This document shows, piece after piece, positions 45,196 through 55,707 of a stretch of DNA of 64,000 bases. Source of the stretch: an uncultured Alphaproteobacteria bacterium (GTDB taxonomy: Bacteria; Pseudomonadota; Alphaproteobacteria; Rhizobiales; Rhizobiaceae). The stretch covers positions 338,115 through 402,114 of the forward strand of contig CAWKFT010000016.1 of assembly GCA_963848975.1 (NCBI GenBank), read 5' to 3'. Position numbers and translations under genes: made by a program. Below the pieces are notes generated by a model. It was not told where the DNA came from and searched no databases. It saw only the letters and a list, made by a program, of their open reading frames with translations. Each line of letters starts with the position of its first letter. Position 1 is the stretch's first letter.

Positions 45196-46796
45196 ATGGC
45201 AAATGGGTTGACGCGGCGTCGCGTTCTAGTCTCCGGAGCGTCGCTCACCGCTGTGGTGGCGATCGCAGGCAACGCCGCGATGGCGCCTCCGGCCAGGGCC
45301 GAGGAACAGATCGAGTCGATCACCTGGGCGCTGCCCAACGTTCCCGATACGCTGTTCATTCCGCGTGCCTGGACGACCTATATCGGGGCGATCATGTCGC
45401 TCGCCCAAGAAGGGATGCTCGCCTTCGGCGACGATCTCGCGCTCGCGCCAGCAGCGGCCGACACGTGGGAGCAAGTCGATCCGACGACCATCAAGTATCA
45501 TTTGCGAAGCGGCGTTACGTTCGGCGACGGAAGCCCGCTCACGGCCGACGACGTCGTCGCCACCTTCACCTTCCACATGAGCCCGGATTCCGGCTCGCAG
45601 CTCGCCTCCTTCTACAATTCGGTGGCGAGCGTCGAGGCGACGGCACCCGATGAAGTGACCGTCAAGCTGAAGGCGCCCAACGTCCAGTTCGCCTACACGG
45701 CGGCCCACATGGCGGGATTCATCTTCAAGAAGGAGCAGCTCGCAGACAAGACCATCGGCACGCCAGAGGTCCTGCCGCTCGGGACCGGCCCCTACAAGCT
45801 GGTCGAATTCGTGCCGACAGATCATGTCGTGCTGGAGGCGCGCGACGACTATTGGGGGCCGAAGCCGGTCGTCAAGCGGATCACCTTCCAGGCGATCCCG
45901 GATCGGCAGGCCCGCCTTCTCGCCATGCAGAACGGCGACATCGACGGCACCTTCGACCTCGCCATCTCCGACGTCGACCAGTGGAAGGCGCTCGGCAATG
46001 TCGACATCGTCACCGCGCCGTCGCTTGGCATGTTCGCGCTTATCCTCGACCATTCGGCGCCGCCCTTCGACGATATCCACGTGCGCCGTGCCGTTGCCTA
46101 TCGGTGGACCGGGAGGGCCTGGTCAAGGCTCTCCTCAAGGGCAACGGCGAGGCGGCGACGGCCTTGAACCCGCCCGAGATGTGGTCGGGCGTGCTGCCTG
46201 CTGACGAGGTTCGCGCCTTCTACGCGACGTTGCCGAACTATCCGTTCGACCTGGCCAAGGCGAAGGCCGAGTTGGCGCAATCGGCCCACCCGGACGGCTT
46301 CGACGTGACCATCCCCACCCCGACCGCCGATCCCTACATGGTCAACATCATGCAGTCGGTGGTGGAGAACCTGAAGCAGATCGGCATCCGTGCAAGCATC
46401 CAGGAGATCGACAACAACACCTGGCTCGCCCAATACTTCCGGCACGAGAACCTCGGCATGCAGATCATGGCGTACTACCCGGACTTCGCCGATGCCGCCA
46501 ACTATCCCTACCTCTTCTTCTCCAGTGCGACGGCGGTCAAGGATGGGATGAACGCCTCGAACTTCAAGAACGCCGACGTCGATGCGTTCCTGAAGATCGC
46601 CAACGAGAACGCCGACCCGAAGACGCGCGCCGAGGCGCTGAAGGGCGTGTTCAAGATCGCCAACGAGGACGTGGCGGTCGTGCCGATCTTCTGGCCCGCC
46701 TCGGCGATGGCGATCAACAACAAGTACAAGCTCACCGGCTACACGGCATTCTGGTACAATATCCCCTGGGCAATCCGAGGTTTCGGCCTGAAGTAA
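45196..46796 (+). pseudogene. peptide/nickel ABC transporter substrate-binding protein (family 5, Tat signal); one frame change near 46105
   Basis: MANGLTRRRVLVSGASLTAVVAIAGNAAMA...GTGPYKLVEFVPTDHVVLEARDDYWG...VRRAVAY, then SVDREGLVKALLKGNGEAA... in ORF 45852..46796. Confidence 0.85.
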
Positions 46797-46902
46797 GGAA
46801 ACGCGGGAGCCGCTTGGGCCACGGCCACCCTTGATCATAGTCGCGTGTCAACCGGCCGTTGCGCGCCCGTGCGAACGGCCGGGAACTCTGCAGGTGCCTG
46901 CA

Positions 46903-48834
46903 ATGGACCTTTTCGAAGCGAGTCTCGGTCGACTCCATCAGTTGCGCTTCCCTGTGGATCTCTCCTTCACCCGGGACGGCACGGCGGTCGTCGCGGCCGT
47001 TCGCCCGGCCACGCACGAGCCTCGGCAATCCCTGCAGAGCCGCGTCTGGCGCTTTTCGCTGGACGGAGCCGAAGCGGCGCCACTGACCGATGGGCCAGGC
47101 GGCGACGGCCTGCCGCGTCTGTCTCCCGTCGACGATACCCTGGCTTTCGTGTCCGACCGCGCCTTGCAAGGGAAGATGTCGCTGTTCATCAAGGACGACA
47201 GCGGCGAGCGGCCGGTCGGAGACGTCCTCGGCACCATCGAGGACATGCGGTGGGCGTCCGACGGCCGGAGCCTGGTCGTGCTGGCGGCGGATCGCGGCCT
47301 CGACGGCGGCGCGACCAATGGGGCGCAGCGCCTGACATGGGGGGAGATCGAGGACCCCGCGGTGACTAACCCGGCGGATGCGCGACGCCGGCTGTTTCGC
47401 GTCAGCTTGGACGATGGATCGACGACAGAGGTCGGGCCCGCCGAGCTCAGCGTGTGGGAATTCGAGCTCCTCGGCGACAATGCCGCCATCGCGATCGTCT
47501 CGGCAGACCCGAGCGAACGCGGCTGGTATCACGCCGAGCTTGCCAGGATCGACCTTCGGACACGGGCGGCGAAGGTCCTGCACCGCTCTAGCTGGCAGCT
47601 CCTCGGCCCGTCGATCGACCCCGGTGCGCGGCGCGTCGCCTTCCTCGACGGCTGGTCCAGCGACCGCGGCCTCGTCGCCAGCGACATCAGCATCCTCGAC
47701 ATCGCCTCCGGCGAGATTTCCGCCGTCAGCCCGGACGGCATCTCGAGCATCACGTCGACGCGATGGCGCGACGACGACAGCCTCTGGTTCACCGGATGGT
47801 CGCGCCTCGGCTCGGTCTACGGCGTCGCGCGCCTCGACGGCACCGTCGAGTGGATGACGCGGGAAGACGCGCTCATCGGCACGAGCAACAGCAGCGCCAG
47901 CATTGCGCCGGCGCCCGACCGGAAGGGCTTCGCGGCGGTTCGCGAGACCGACGGCACGCCGCCGGAGATCGTCTACAAGGCCGGCTCGGACGCGAGTTCC
48001 TGGTCGGCGGTGTCCAACCTGAACGGCGAGGTGGCCGCGAACTTCAACGACTATCCGGAAATCCGCGCCATGAACTGGAGCGGCGCAGGCGGCATCGAGC
48101 TGGAGGGGCTGGTCCTGTTGCCGCGGGACGGCGCCAAAGGGCCGAGGCCGACCATTGTCGACATCCATGGCGGCCCGAGCTGGGCGGTCAGGCACGCCTA
48201 CAATCCGGGCTACGTGCTGCCGTTCGCGACGGCCGGCTACGCGGTCTTCCTGCCCAACTACCGCGGCAATGTCGGCTGGGGCAAGGCATTCGGCATGCTG
48301 AACATCGGCGATCCGGGCGGCGCCGAGTTCGAGGACATCCTCGCCGGCATCGACCAATGCGTCGCAGACGGCATTTCCGACCCGAAGCGGCTCGGCGTGA
48401 GCGGTGTCAGCTATGGCGGCTATCTCACGGCCTGGGCCGTCGCGACGACTCACCGCTTCAAGGCCGCCGTGATGATCTCCGGCATCGCCAATCAAATCTC
48501 CTCCCACTATTCGTGCAACCACGACTTCCATGCCTTCATCAATGGCGGGCCGCTGTCGGAGGAGCGCTATCGGCGCGTCGCGGTCGACCGCTCGGCGATC
48601 ACCCGGCTCGACAAGCCGACGACGCCGACCTTGATGATCCATGGCGACGGGGACCGGTGCACCCCGCTCGGCCAGGCGCAGGAATTCTATGCCGCATTGC
48701 TGGAGCGCGGCGTGGCGTCGGAGCTGGTCGTCTATCCGCGCGAGGGGCATGGCGTGCGCGAGCGCGAGCACCAGATCGACGCGTTGCGCCGCGCTGTCGG
48801 CTGGTTCGACCGCTATCTCGGATCGCACCGGTGA
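46903..48834 (+). CDS. S9 family serine peptidase (prolyl oligopeptidase / acylaminoacyl peptidase type), no signal peptide
   Basis: Beta-propeller-like N-terminus. Catalytic motifs GVSGVSYGGYL (Ser), HGDGDRCTP (Asp), YPREGHGV (His). Intact. ATG 46903 within ORF 46831..48834. Confidence 0.9.
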   Translation: MDLFEASLGRLHQLRFPVDLSFTRDGTAVVAAVRPATHEPRQSLQSRVWRFSLDGAEAAPLTDGPGGDGLPRLSPVDDTLAFVSDRALQGKMSLFIKDDSGERPVGDVLGTIEDMRWASDGRSLVVLAADRGLDGGATNGAQRLTWGEIEDPAVTNPADARRRLFRVSLDDGSTTEVGPAELSVWEFELLGDNAAIAIVSADPSERGWYHAELARIDLRTRAAKVLHRSSWQLLGPSIDPGARRVAFLDGWSSDRGLVASDISILDIASGEISAVSPDGISSITSTRWRDDDSLWFTGWSRLGSVYGVARLDGTVEWMTREDALIGTSNSSASIAPAPDRKGFAAVRETDGTPPEIVYKAGSDASSWSAVSNLNGEVAANFNDYPEIRAMNWSGAGGIELEGLVLLPRDGAKGPRPTIVDIHGGPSWAVRHAYNPGYVLPFATAGYAVFLPNYRGNVGWGKAFGMLNIGDPGGAEFEDILAGIDQCVADGISDPKRLGVSGVSYGGYLTAWAVATTHRFKAAVMISGIANQISSHYSCNHDFHAFINGGPLSEERYRRVAVDRSAITRLDKPTTPTLMIHGDGDRCTPLGQAQEFYAALLERGVASELVVYPREGHGVREREHQIDALRRAVGWFDRYLGSHR

Positions 48835-49796
48835 CGGGGTCGAGCGTCGCCGTCCTCGTCCTGCGACGAATTGCGGTGGCGATCCCGCTTCTCCTGATCA
48901 TCTCCTTCGGCGTTTTCGCGCTGGTCCATATCGCACCCGGCGACCCGGTGCGCTCGCTGCTGGGCGCGCGCCCGTCGGACCCGGCGACGCTGGCTGCCAT
49001 CCGCGAGCGCTACCATCTGAACGATCCCTTTCTCGTCCAGTACGGCAAGTGGCTGGCGCAGGTGGCTCAAGGCAATCTCGGCGTCTCCATCCAGGGGAAC
49101 CGGGCAGTGACGAGCACGATCGCGGACCGGCTCGGCGTGACGATCTTCCTGAGCACGATGAGCACGGCCCTCGTGCTCGGCCTCGGCATCGTCCTTGGTG
49201 CGGTTGCCGCCTTCCGCCGCGGCAAGCGGGTCGACCGGGCGATCGTCATGTTCGGCGTCTTCGGCATCAGCTCCCCGGCCTTCGTCACCGGCATCTTCCT
49301 CCTCTACGTCTTCGGCGCCCTGCTGCAGTGGTTCCCGATCTTCGGTCCGGGGCGAGGATTCCTCGACCGTGCCTGGCACCTGACGCTTCCGGCGCTGGCG
49401 CTGGCGATCTCGGTGATGGCGATCGTCATCAAGATCACGCGCGCGGCGATGATCGAGGAGCTGGACCGGGACTACGTCACCTTTGCGCGGGCGCGCGGAC
49501 TGAGCTCGCGTCGTATCTTCCTTGCCTACGTGCTGCGGAACGCCCTCATCCCGGTGGTCACCGCTGCCGGGCTCATCGTCGTCGGCACCGTGGCCGGCGC
49601 CATCTACGTCGAGGTCACCTTCGCCCTACCGGGGCTCGGCGCCTTGACGGTCGACGCGATCCAGAAGCGAGACATCCCGGTGATCCAGGGCACGACCCTT
49701 TTGTTCTCCGTCTTCGTCGTCCTGATCAACCTGGCGATCGACGTGATCTACACGCTGATCGACCCGAGAATCCGCTTCGGAAGAGTCGAATCATGA
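48831..49796 (+). CDS. peptide ABC transporter permease (DppB-like)
   Basis: GTG start overlapping the peptidase stop (GTGA). VLRRIAVAIPLLLIISFGVFALVHIAPGDP... Intact. Confidence 0.9.
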   Translation: MTGSSVAVLVLRRIAVAIPLLLIISFGVFALVHIAPGDPVRSLLGARPSDPATLAAIRERYHLNDPFLVQYGKWLAQVAQGNLGVSIQGNRAVTSTIADRLGVTIFLSTMSTALVLGLGIVLGAVAAFRRGKRVDRAIVMFGVFGISSPAFVTGIFLLYVFGALLQWFPIFGPGRGFLDRAWHLTLPALALAISVMAIVIKITRAAMIEELDRDYVTFARARGLSSRRIFLAYVLRNALIPVVTAAGLIVVGTVAGAIYVEVTFALPGLGALTVDAIQKRDIPVIQGTTLLFSVFVVLINLAIDVIYTLIDPRIRFGRVES

Positions 49797-50635
49797 GTGC
49801 TTCAGCCATCGGCGAACCGCTAAAGACCCGGCAGCCACGGCAGACGCCGATCATCATCCTCGTTGCCGCGCTGATCGTCGCGGTGGTGGTGATCTGCGCC
49901 GTTTTCGGCGAGCGCATCGCCCCCGATTCGCCATTCCTCCAGCAGCTGGCGGTCGGCGATACGCCACCCTCGGCCGCCCATCTCGCTGGAACGGATCTGC
50001 TCGGCCGCGACGTGCTGTCGCGCGTGATCTACGGGGCCCGAACGGCGCTGGTCGGCCCGATCGTGGTCGCCGCCGGGGCTTTCGCGATCGCCACGCTGCT
50101 CGGCCTCCTTTCGGGCTATCTCGGCGGCCTGGTCGATGCGTCGATCATGCGCTGGGTGGATTTCATGTTCGCCTTGCCGGGGCCGCTGGTGGCGATCGTC
50201 GTCGTCGGCGTCGTGGGGGGCGGGTACTGGACCGCCGTCTTCGTGCTGATGGTCCTGTTCACCGCCCCCGACACGCGCATCGTGCGCAGCGCGGTCCTCG
50301 AGCAGCGCCCGCTTCCCTATATCGACGCTGCGCGCACGCTCGGCATCTCGAAGACGCGCATCCTTTTCGTCCACATCCTGCCCAACGTGCTGCCGATCAT
50401 CCTCGCCTATGTCGTCCTCGATTTCGCCTTCGCCCTGGTCAATCTCGCCGGGCTGTCCTTCCTGGGCCTCGGCGTCGAGCCAGGCACCCCAGACTGGGGG
50501 CGCATGCTTTTCGAGAACCGCAACATCCTTTTCTCCAATCCCGTCGGGCTGCTCCTGCCCGCGGCCATGATCATCCTGACCGCGGTCAGCATGAACCTCA
50601 TCGGCGACTGGCTGTTCGAGCGGTTCGCAAAGTGA
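49793..50635 (+). CDS. peptide ABC transporter permease (DppC-like)
   Basis: ATGA overlap. HLAGTDLLGRDVLSRVIYGART...ARTLGISKTRILFVHILPN. Intact. Confidence 0.9.
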   Translation: MSASAIGEPLKTRQPRQTPIIILVAALIVAVVVICAVFGERIAPDSPFLQQLAVGDTPPSAAHLAGTDLLGRDVLSRVIYGARTALVGPIVVAAGAFAIATLLGLLSGYLGGLVDASIMRWVDFMFALPGPLVAIVVVGVVGGGYWTAVFVLMVLFTAPDTRIVRSAVLEQRPLPYIDAARTLGISKTRILFVHILPNVLPIILAYVVLDFAFALVNLAGLSFLGLGVEPGTPDWGRMLFENRNILFSNPVGLLLPAAMIILTAVSMNLIGDWLFERFAK

Positions 50636-52480
50636 ACCGGAGCGCGTCCGGCCCCGGTCAGGCAAGCCCGCTGCTCGAGGTCGAGGGGCTGGCGATCTCG
50701 CACGGCGCCGTGCCCATCGCGGCGTCCCTGGACCTAGCGGTGCAGCGCGGCGAGACGATCGCGATCGTCGGCGAGTTCGGGATCCGGCAAATCGCTCACC
50801 GCGCGGGCGATCGCCGGCATATTGCCGCCCGGCATAACGGCCACGGGCAAGGTGGCGCTGGATGGCATCCCCTTGACGGGACTTGCCGAGAGCGAACTGC
50901 GCAAGATCCGCGGATTTCGCGTGTCGATGCTCATGCAGGACCCATTTACGATGCTGAACCCGCTGATGCGGAGCGGCGACCACATCGACGAGATGCTGCG
51001 CGACCGGCCCGAATTCGCGTCGCGTGCGGCGCGCGCGGCGGAGGTGAAGCGGCGCCTCGCGGAAGTCGGCATCGTCGACGAGGACGTGGCCCGCCGTATG
51101 CCCTTCCAGCTGTCCGGAGGCATGTGCCAGCGCGTCGCGCTTGCCGCAGCCCTGGCCCGCGACCCGGAGCTGCTGATCGCCGACGAGCCCTCGACGGCGC
51201 TCGACGTGACGACCCAGGCGGAGATCATCAAGCTTCTGCGACGCGTCCAGCGCGAGCGGCACATGAGCCTGATCCTGATCACGCACAACCTGCGGCTCGC
51301 CTTCTCGACCTGCCGACGCATCTACGTGCTCTATGCCGGCTCGCTGCTCGAAGTCGGCGACGCCGCCGCCGTCGAGCGCCAGCCGTTCCATCCCTACACG
51401 TTGGGGCTTCTCTGTCGGAACCGCCGGCCGACATCCGCGTGCCTCGGCTCGTGGCGATCCGCGGCTCCGTGCCGCGCGCCGCCGATGTCGTCGACAGATG
51501 CGGCTTCGCCGACCGCTGCGACTGGGCGAAGCCGATCTGCCGCGCCGGCAAGCCGCCGCTGGCCCCTCGCGGCGCTGGCAGGCTCACGGCCTGCATCCGC
51601 CAGGACGAGATCCAGGGCGAGCTCGACGCCCTGCGCAGGGCGGCGCTGTCGCCGGCGCCGCCGACGCCGCGCGGGAGCGACGCCGAAGGGGCGATCGTCC
51701 GCGTCGACGCGCTCGTCAAGACGTTCGCCGGCAGGCGCGGCTGCCCGTCCGCGCGGTGAGGGGCGTATCCCTGCACATCATGCCTGGAGAGAGCGTCGGA
51801 CTGGTCGGAGAATCCGGCTCCGGCAAGACGACGCTCGGGCGCTGCCTCGTCGGCCTCGAAACGCCGACCGCCGGCGACATCCGCATCGACGGCGTCCCGG
51901 CGGCAGATTTCGGTGCCATGGCGAAGGCGGACCGCGCCCGCGTCCGGCGAACGATCCAGATGGTCTTCCAGGATCCGTACTCGACACTCAATCCCAGGCA
52001 CAGCATCGGCCAGGCCCTCGGCGAGGCGCTCTCGGCGTCGGCGGGCGCCACCGGTCCGGCCACGCCGGGCAGGATCGCCGCGTTGCTCGCCGAGGTCGGC
52101 CTGTCTGCCGACGTACGCCAGGCGGCGTCCTGCGTCGCTTTCGGGCGGCGAGCGCCAGCGGGTGGCGATCGCACGCGCGCTGGCCGTCAAGCCGGCGATC
52201 CTGGTCTGCGACGAGCCGGTGTCGGCGCTCGACGTCTCGGTGCAGGCGCAGGTCCTCAACCTCTTCAAGCGCGCTGCAGGCCGAGCACCGGCTTTCCTAT
52301 CTCTTCATCACGCACGACCTCGCGGTGGTCCGGCAGATCGCCGACCGGATCTATGTCCTCTATCTCGGCGAGATCGTCGAAGAGGGGCCGACGGAGCGGG
52401 TGATCGGCGACCCGCAGCACCCGTATACGCGCCGCCTCGTCGAATCGATCCCGCGCTCGGCCCTGCAAGGCGCGCCGTGA
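50632..52480 (+). pseudogene. fused DppD/DppF-type double ABC ATPase; about five frame changes
   Basis: GTGA overlap. LLEVEGLAI, GESGSGKSL (shifted), LSGGMCQRVALAAAL, ADEPSTALD, HPYTLGLL, then a second NBD with [45 protein letters not shown] spread over three frames. Confidence 0.85.
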
Positions 52481-52523
52481 CGCCAAAGTTGGTGGCTCGC
52501 GAAGAGGGCCGCAGAGCGGTAAA

Positions 52524-54392
52524 ATGGGGCTGATGAACAGACCAGAAGCGCCATTTGCCTGGGGAAGCGGGTCCGAGGACCTTGCGCTGTTCCGGAGGCT
52601 TGATCGCGAACAGCGTCGGAAAACCCTCGGCGCGATGGTGCGACGGGACCTGGTGCGCGGGGAAGTGCTGGTCGCGCAGGGCGATCCCTCCGACGCCCTT
52701 TACATGGTGCTGCACGGTGCGCTCGCCGTGCGGCGGACCAGCGAAACCCTGCCATTCGCGGAGCTGCGGGCAGGCGAACTGGTCGGCGAGATCGGCTTCT
52801 TCGCCAACGTTCCGCGCACCGCCAACGTGATCGCCATCCGCGACACCAGCGTGCTGGAGCTGACGCGCGCCGCTTATCACGCCCTGGCCGAAGACACGCC
52901 GGCGATCGCCGAGGCGCTGCTGGCGGCCCTGGCGCTGCGCTTTGCGGAGCGGACCGAGCGCCTGCCGACGATCCGAACCTCGCCGACGGCGCGCACGCTG
53001 GCGCTGATCGCCGGCGGACGGGAGCCGGTTCCAGCGGCCTTCGAGCGGCGCATGCGCGATGCGCTTGCCGGGACCGATGCCGAGGTCGTCGACCCGGAGC
53101 GGGTCGAGGCGATGTTCCCGGGCCGGGCGCTGGATGCTTCCGAGGTCACCGATTGGCTCAACGAGCTCGAGCAGAATGCGCGGCTGGTGGTCTATTTCGG
53201 CGGCCGCGACGCCTCGGCGTGGACGCGCAAGGCGATCCGCCAGGCCGACATGGTGGTGTTCATTTGCCGCGGGGATGCCCCCGCTGAAGGGCCGACCGAG
53301 GTCGAAACTTTTGCATGCGGGGTCCATCCCGCCTCGGCCCGCCGATTGGTACGGGTCCATGATCGGCGCAGCAACGAGGTCAGCGGCACGGCGGCGTGGC
53401 TGGCCCGCCTGCCATGCTTCATGCATCACCATGTCGCGCTGGAGGACCAGCGCGACGTCGACAGCCTGGTCCGCTTCCTGGCCGGCCGCGCCATCGGCTT
53501 CGTGGCGGCCGGCGGCGGCAGCTTCGGCGCGGCGCATGCCGGCATCTACAAGGCGTTTCGCGAGCGCGGCGTGATGTTCGACATCTTTGTCGGCACCAGC
53601 GTCGGCTCCGCGATGGCGGCGGGCTTTGCCAAGAACTACGAAGCCGACGATCTCGAGCGTGGCGCGCACGAGATCTTCATTCGGAGCCGCAGCTTTCGGC
53701 GTCCGACCTGGCCACGCTATGCGCTGCTCGATCACAAGGCGCTGGACCGGGCGCTGGCCGAGCAGTACGGGCCCGCCTGCCGGATCGAGGATTGCTGGCG
53801 GCCGTTCGCGGCGGTCGCGAGCAATCTTTCCAGCCATCGCCTCGAACTGATCCGCACGGGATTGCTCTGGCAGGCGGTCCGCGCATCGAGCGCGATCCCA
53901 GGCCTGTTGCCGCCGTTCTATACGCCCGCCGGCGACATGCTGGTCGACGGATGCCTGGTCGACAACGTCCCGGTGATGCCGATGCATCAGCTCAAGAGCG
54001 GCCCCAACCTCGTCGTCCACTTCGGCAACGCCGCGTCGGAGACGTTCGACGTCGACTATGCGGCGCTGCCGGGTCGGCTCGAGCTGGTCGCAGCGATGTT
54101 GATGCCGTTCCGCAAGAGGCGGCTTCCGAAGGCGCCGAGCGCCGTCAACGTGCTTGTGGCGAAGCCTGGTCGCACATCAGCGCTACGACGCCTTGTCGGA
54201 AATGCCGCTCGATCACGAGATGCGGCCACCGCCGCCGGCCGGCATTCGCATCACCGATTTCGAGCGCCACGCCGAGATTTTGCACTTGTCCTATCTGTGG
54301 GCCCGCGAGGCTCTTCGTCGCACTGGAAGCGGAGGGCAATCCGGCGGTCGCCGCGATTCTTCAGCCGGACCAGCCGTCGCTCGACAGGCTAG
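52524..54392 (+). pseudogene. cyclic nucleotide-binding domain + patatin-like phospholipase; C-terminal frame change(s) from about 54155, end uncertain
   Basis: cNMP motif GELVGEIGFFANVPRTANVIA. Patatin motifs AAGGGSFGAAHAG (oxyanion), GTSVGS (GxSxG), MLVDGCLVDN (Asp). The tail continues in ORF 54154..54651 (RSLVAHQRYDALSEMPLDHEMRPPPPAGIRITDF). Confidence 0.85.
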
Positions 54393-54411
54393 GGGTGCGA
54401 CATCGAATCCA

Positions 54412-54436
54412 GGAACCTCTCGGACGCGCGGTCGTT
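54412..54436 (+). promoter_or_regulatory. EcfG-type promoter, exact GGAAC-N16-CGTT
   Basis: GGAACctctcggacgcgcggtCGTT, followed about 25 nt later by a purine-rich tract GAGAAAGGAAAGAGAGGAA and ATG codons at 54471 and 54477. Confidence 0.5.
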
Positions 54437-54476
54437 GGCTCATGGGACTGGCGAGAAAGGAAAGAGAGGAATGTTC

Positions 54477-54644
54477 ATGCGAAACCAGCGACGCCAAGGC
54501 CCCGACCCCGCAGAATTTGGTGAGGAAGTATCGCCCGATCGGCCCCGCTGCCATCGTGGCTGCCGTTGCCGCCATGCGGCCGCGGAGGAACAAGCCCGGC
54601 ACGACGGCGAAGCGGCCAGGCTCGATCTCGAGGATTCCCACTAA
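54477..54644 (+). CDS. possible small Cys/His-containing protein (55 aa) or non-coding stress transcript
   Basis: Strong Shine-Dalgarno at the right spacing. MRNQRRQGPDPAEFGEEVSPDRPRCHRGCRCRHAAAEEQ... However, third-position G+C looks higher in an overlapping minus-strand frame, so the coding status is doubtful. Confidence 0.3.
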   Translation: MRNQRRQGPDPAEFGEEVSPDRPRCHRGCRCRHAAAEEQARHDGEAARLDLEDSH

Positions 54645-54779
54645 CCGCTGAGCCCACCGAGTGGTTTCGGGCCCCGGCTGTGCGGTCTCGGTGCGTCGGG
54701 CGATACGTCGCCGGCGCTCCTGGATGAAGCGCCTTGATCCGGATAGAACCTGGCCGGTATCGCAACCGTCGGAGCCAAT

Positions 54780-55289
54780 GTGAGACACCTCCTGTCGATC
54801 TGGGCAATAGCACTATGTCTGCACACAGGGGCCGCGGCGGCAGCTCAAAAGCCGACCCTCGCCGTTGCGGAGTTTGACTTCTCCGACACATCCGGCGAAG
54901 CCGTGGACCAGTCGGTCGAGCACCAGCGGCGCCTTGCCGACTTCAGTGCCTATATGCGCCAGCAGCTATCCGAGTTGGGCGGCTTCGAGATTGCCGATCT
55001 GCCTTGTCAGGGAAAACAGTGCACCGCTACCGATCCCGGATTTCTGGCGCTTTCGGCGTTCGCCAAAGATGCAGGCGCGGACTACCTGGTGATCGGAATC
55101 GTTCGGAAGACCAGCACGTTGATCGGTTGGGTCGAATACTCGGTGCTCGACGTCGACGACAGTCGGTCCGTCTGCGGACGATTGGTCAGCTATCGAGGTG
55201 ACACCGACGAAGCCTGGCGACGCGCAGCCCGCTTCTCAGCCGACCAGGTCGTCCGTCACTGTGGCCTGGACGGCGGCGAGCTCCGCTAG
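54780..55289 (+). CDS. DUF3280/DUF2380-like periplasmic protein
   Basis: GTG start after GGAG. Signal peptide RHLLSIWAIALCLHTGAAAAA. PTLAVAEFDFSDTSGE...ADYLVIGIVRKTSTLI...YRGDTDEAWRRAARF resembles DUF3280 proteins as I recall them. Confidence 0.7.
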   Translation: MRHLLSIWAIALCLHTGAAAAAQKPTLAVAEFDFSDTSGEAVDQSVEHQRRLADFSAYMRQQLSELGGFEIADLPCQGKQCTATDPGFLALSAFAKDAGADYLVIGIVRKTSTLIGWVEYSVLDVDDSRSVCGRLVSYRGDTDEAWRRAARFSADQVVRHCGLDGGELR

Positions 55290-55311
55290 GCGGCAATCGC
55301 CGGCCCTCTCG

Positions 55312-55641
55312 TCATTCATCCGCCGGGGCATCGATGATCCCGAGATAGGCACCGTTCTCCTCGAAGCGGCAGTCAAACCCGGACTCCTGGTCGGTGTCGT
55401 CGCTATTGACCGTCCCCAACACCAGGAGCCTTCCTTCACGCCGGATCGGCGGATCTGTCGTGATGGCGTCGGGTTGAGCATCAAATCTAGCTGCCGCAGC
55501 CTTTTGGCAGAACATGGTCATCTCGGCTTGAGGAACCACAGTCCCAAGGCCGGGTTCCTCGGCGGCGTTCGCGCTCGGGGCCAGAGTGCAGCCAACCATC
55601 GCAAACGTCAGCAGCATGACTTTCGCTGGATATGTAAGCAT
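55312..55641 (-). CDS. small lipoprotein (109 aa)
   Basis: AAGGAG Shine-Dalgarno. MLTYPAKVMLLTFAMVGC lipobox. Lower G+C. Confidence 0.6.
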   Translation of the reverse strand: MLTYPAKVMLLTFAMVGCTLAPSANAAEEPGLGTVVPQAEMTMFCQKAAAARFDAQPDAITTDPPIRREGRLLVLGTVNSDDTDQESGFDCRFEENGAYLGIIDAPADE

Positions 55642-55707
55642 CTCAGACCGCTCCTTGTCTAAAGTCATATGGCAAATTCGGGTCGCGTTTGCCATCCCAC
55701 CAGAAAC

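Noticed and set aside
46732-48828. 698-aa minus-strand ORF, and similar long antisense ORFs at 38093-39877, 49820-51391, 52308-54020 and 60498-62027
   Set aside because: Each lies opposite a gene with clear family motifs. All have low-complexity Arg/Ala/Gly/Asp-rich translations and no homology signal.
54651-54675. 10-nt identity (CCGAGTGGTT) to the D-arm of tRNA-Ser
   Set aside because: It is short, in the opposite orientation to the tRNA gene, and not extendable. A chance match is plausible at this window size.
54291-54788. 165-aa minus-strand ORF with a GtrA-like stretch (GRYFLTKFCGVGALASLV)
   Set aside because: Only about 20 residues look membrane-protein-like, with no continuation in any frame. 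It may be a gene remnant. It is mentioned under the 54412-54644 finding as a conflicting coding signal.
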